Below, piece after piece: positions 61,805 through 64,000 of a DNA stretch of 64,000 nucleotides (positions are counted from its first letter, which is position 1; the number at the start of each line of letters is the position of its first letter). Source of the DNA: a virus; IMG/VR virus record IMGVR_UViG_3300045988_054045, one strand, 5' to 3'. Under the pieces are notes generated by a model, which was given only the letters and a program-made list of their open reading frames with translations, did no database searches and was not told where the DNA came from. Both the position numbers and the translations under genes were made by a program.

Positions 61805-63073
61805 ATGGCAGACTTGTTTGGAAATCTAAGTAGAACGGAACGCCAAGAACAAGGTGTTCAACGATGGGTAGATAACAAGTTGTGTGGGACACTTAATTGG
61901 GCAACTGGAGTAGGTAAAACTAGAGGTGGACTAATGGCTATTAGTAGGTTTTTAAAGAAGAATCCAACTAAATCTGTTATTGTAGTTGTGCCCAGTGAAC
62001 CTATTCAGAGGCAATGGAATCAAGAACTAATTGATTGGAACTTATTCCAACAGTGTTCAGTTAAGACCATGAATGATACATCTACTAACAAGTACAGCTG
62101 TACTCTATTAGTTATAGATGAAATTCATAAAGTGGGAGCACCTACACTGCTGAACATATTTAAAAACGTCCAATATACAGTAATCTTGGGGTTAACTGCG
62201 ACCTTCGAGAGATTGGATGGTAAAGATGAAATTATAAGCAAGAAGTGTCCGATTGTGGATACCATTTCTGTAGAGGAAGCCATAGAGAATAAATGGCTCG
62301 CTGATTACCGAGAATATGAGGTGCTTATTGAGCCAGAAGATATTGATGTCTATAAAGAGGTCAATAAAGAGTTCTATGAACATTTCTCCTTCTTTAACTA
62401 TGACTTTAACCTTGCCATGAAGTGTGCAACTGACTGGAAGCGAAGAGCAGAGTTAGCTAAGGAAAGATGTAAAGAAGACCAGAGTGAAGACTTTAAAACT
62501 GTTAACAAGCAGATTTTAGTTCATGCTATGGGATTTAGTAGAACCTTACAGGCTCGTAAGAAATACATATATAATCATCCTAAGAAAATCGAACTTACCA
62601 ACTTAATCCTAGAGAATAGGCAGGACAAGAAGTGTATAACTTTTAGTGCTACTATAGCTATGGCAGAGAAAATTAAGTATGGTGCTGTGTATTCTGGTAA
62701 AGATTCTGCCAAGAAAGGGAGAATGAGTTTACAAGAGTTTGTGCAGCAGGATGGTGGAGTACTAAACACTGTTATGAAGTTGAATGAGGGTTTTAACTGT
62801 CCTGACATTAGTGTTTCAGTTATATTAGGCTTCAATAGTAGTTCCACTACTAAGAAACAGAGAGTGGGTCGAGTTATCCGACAAAAGGAGGGAAAGGTTG
62901 CTGAAGTATTCACTTTAGTTCTTAAGGGGACTGTAGAGGAAGAATGGTTTAGAAAGTCTACCAATTCTGGAAGATATATTCCAATAAGTGAGGAAAATCT
63001 TATAGATGTTCTTCAAGGAAGACCATTTAATCCTAAGAAGAAAAAGCAAACTAAAATGATATTTAGATTCTAA
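61805..63073 (+). CDS. SF2 DEAD/DEAH-box helicase
   Basis: Walker A TGVGKTRGG, DEIH box (VIDEIHK), motif III TATFER, motif VI QRVGRVIRQ. Confidence 0.85.
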   Translation: MADLFGNLSRTERQEQGVQRWVDNKLCGTLNWATGVGKTRGGLMAISRFLKKNPTKSVIVVVPSEPIQRQWNQELIDWNLFQQCSVKTMNDTSTNKYSCTLLVIDEIHKVGAPTLLNIFKNVQYTVILGLTATFERLDGKDEIISKKCPIVDTISVEEAIENKWLADYREYEVLIEPEDIDVYKEVNKEFYEHFSFFNYDFNLAMKCATDWKRRAELAKERCKEDQSEDFKTVNKQILVHAMGFSRTLQARKKYIYNHPKKIELTNLILENRQDKKCITFSATIAMAEKIKYGAVYSGKDSAKKGRMSLQEFVQQDGGVLNTVMKLNEGFNCPDISVSVILGFNSSSTTKKQRVGRVIRQKEGKVAEVFTLVLKGTVEEEWFRKSTNSGRYIPISEENLIDVLQGRPFNPKKKKQTKMIFRF

Positions 63074-63267
63074 TGTTTGAAGTAACTTATTACGATATTT
63101 CATCCAGAAGCGCATTATCTTCTTCCATTACGAAGACGATAGATGTCATAGAGGTATTGAAGTATTTGGAGAAAGCACAGGATAAGCACATTATTATAGC
63201 TTCTCTTACATTTGGAGGTAAGCGTTTAGATGTAAGTGCACTATGTTTATCCTTACAATTTAAGTAG
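63073..63267 (+). CDS. hypothetical protein (64 aa)
   Basis: Start overlaps the helicase stop. Confidence 0.45.
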   Translation: MFEVTYYDISSRSALSSSITKTIDVIEVLKYLEKAQDKHIIIASLTFGGKRLDVSALCLSLQFK

Positions 63268-63325
63268 ATTCATTTGGTAATTTAAGAGATTTTTAGTATC
63301 TTTGTACTCTTAACACGGTAACAAG

Positions 63326-63517
63326 ATGACAACAGAAAGAATGTTAGAACTCATTATTCTTAACAAATTCATGGACAGATATAACAATATGTCTCCGCAA
63401 GTTAAAGCACTTACTTGTGAGAAAATTCGTATATCTGAGATGGAGGAGAGAAGGCTTATGTTAGAAGAAGAGTTCTTAGACCCGTATGTAATTGACAACG
63501 CTGAGAAATCAGAATAA
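63326..63517 (+). CDS. hypothetical protein (63 aa)
   Basis: ORF track. Confidence 0.45.
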   Translation: MTTERMLELIILNKFMDRYNNMSPQVKALTCEKIRISEMEERRLMLEEEFLDPYVIDNAEKSE

Positions 63518-63605
63518 ACACTTTACAGTTAGTAGATTGTTAGTTATTGGCTAATGATTTATTTAATTGGAAAAACTAAGTTTAACAGTAGATAATCAGT
63601 TAGTA

Positions 63606-64000
63606 ATGATGGAGAAGTATAGACTTACAGCAGAAGAAGTTTTACTAATTGATTTATTATTTCTAGCTAGTATAGAAGAAGGGCATAAAGAATATCTAGT
63701 TAAGTATTTTACTATGCCTGTAACTAGAACAGACCTTCGAGACTTATTGTTAAGTCTTCAAGCTAAGGGAATTATCACCAAATCATATAAAGTTCCCGAT
63801 AAGGGTCAGAAGTTTGACCCTGAATGTGTCGTATTCAATCAAAATTTCCTTAATAACTATAGGAAGTTTAGTGGAGATTTGGGAGCAGAGTTCCTAATGA
63901 CCTATCCCCATAATGGGGTTATTAATGGTGTAGAGGTTCCCCTCAATAACTGGGCTAAGAAATTTAGTACAGAAGAGGAGTTCTATTATGCTTATGGTAA
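63606..64000 (+). CDS. hypothetical protein, 3'-truncated by the window edge
   Basis: Open frame from ATG 63606 (MMEKYRLTAEEVLLIDLLF...) to the end of the window. Confidence 0.5.
   Translation, partial: MMEKYRLTAEEVLLIDLLFLASIEEGHKEYLVKYFTMPVTRTDLRDLLLSLQAKGIITKSYKVPDKGQKFDPECVVFNQNFLNNYRKFSGDLGAEFLMTYPHNGVINGVEVPLNNWAKKFSTEEEFYYAYG

Overview
The window is a 64-kb, AT-rich segment of a large tailed dsDNA phage genome. The host is probably Bacteroidota: one TTTG-N20-TAnnTTTG promoter is present, there are no Shine-Dalgarno sequences, and gene packing is tight with ATGA overlaps. A crAss-like affinity is possible but cannot be verified here. Positions 1-11.4 kb (minus strand) carry a packaging and morphogenesis operon: large terminase, portal, tail fibre, a GroES-like protein and a PD-(D/E)XK nuclease. 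Positions 11.6-15.6 kb (plus strand) carry an HNH endonuclease, a 1000-aa metallopeptidase plus lytic-transglycosylase protein, and small membrane proteins. Positions 15.6-17.9 kb (minus strand) carry small genes, including a ferredoxin-thioredoxin-reductase-like Cys protein. From 18 kb onward everything except one HNH gene is on the plus strand and the content is accessory. It includes long ORF-free structured stretches, a tmRNA-like gene with an HNH insertion and stacked duplicated 3' ends, a ParB-like protein and a DUF2828/TROVE-like vWA protein. A roughly 19-kb tRNA array (31.4-50.7 kb) holds 36 tRNA or tRNA-like genes covering all 20 amino acids, interleaved with small ORFs, an HNH gene, a radical SAM gene, a vWA plus short PurA-like pair, an SPFH protein and RNase H. 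A calcium-type module follows (two TerD proteins, an acidic protein, a P-type Ca-ATPase), then ferritin, small membrane proteins and an SF2 helicase. The most unusual signals are RNA-level. First, six circularly permuted tRNA-like modules have a closed acceptor stem. Second, a family of stem-closed leader cassettes with a conserved ACAGCAA motif shows compensatory base changes in its closing stem. Third, two type II (long variable arm) tRNAs carry CAU and GUU anticodons. All calls come from reading the sequence by eye; no database search or folding program was run.
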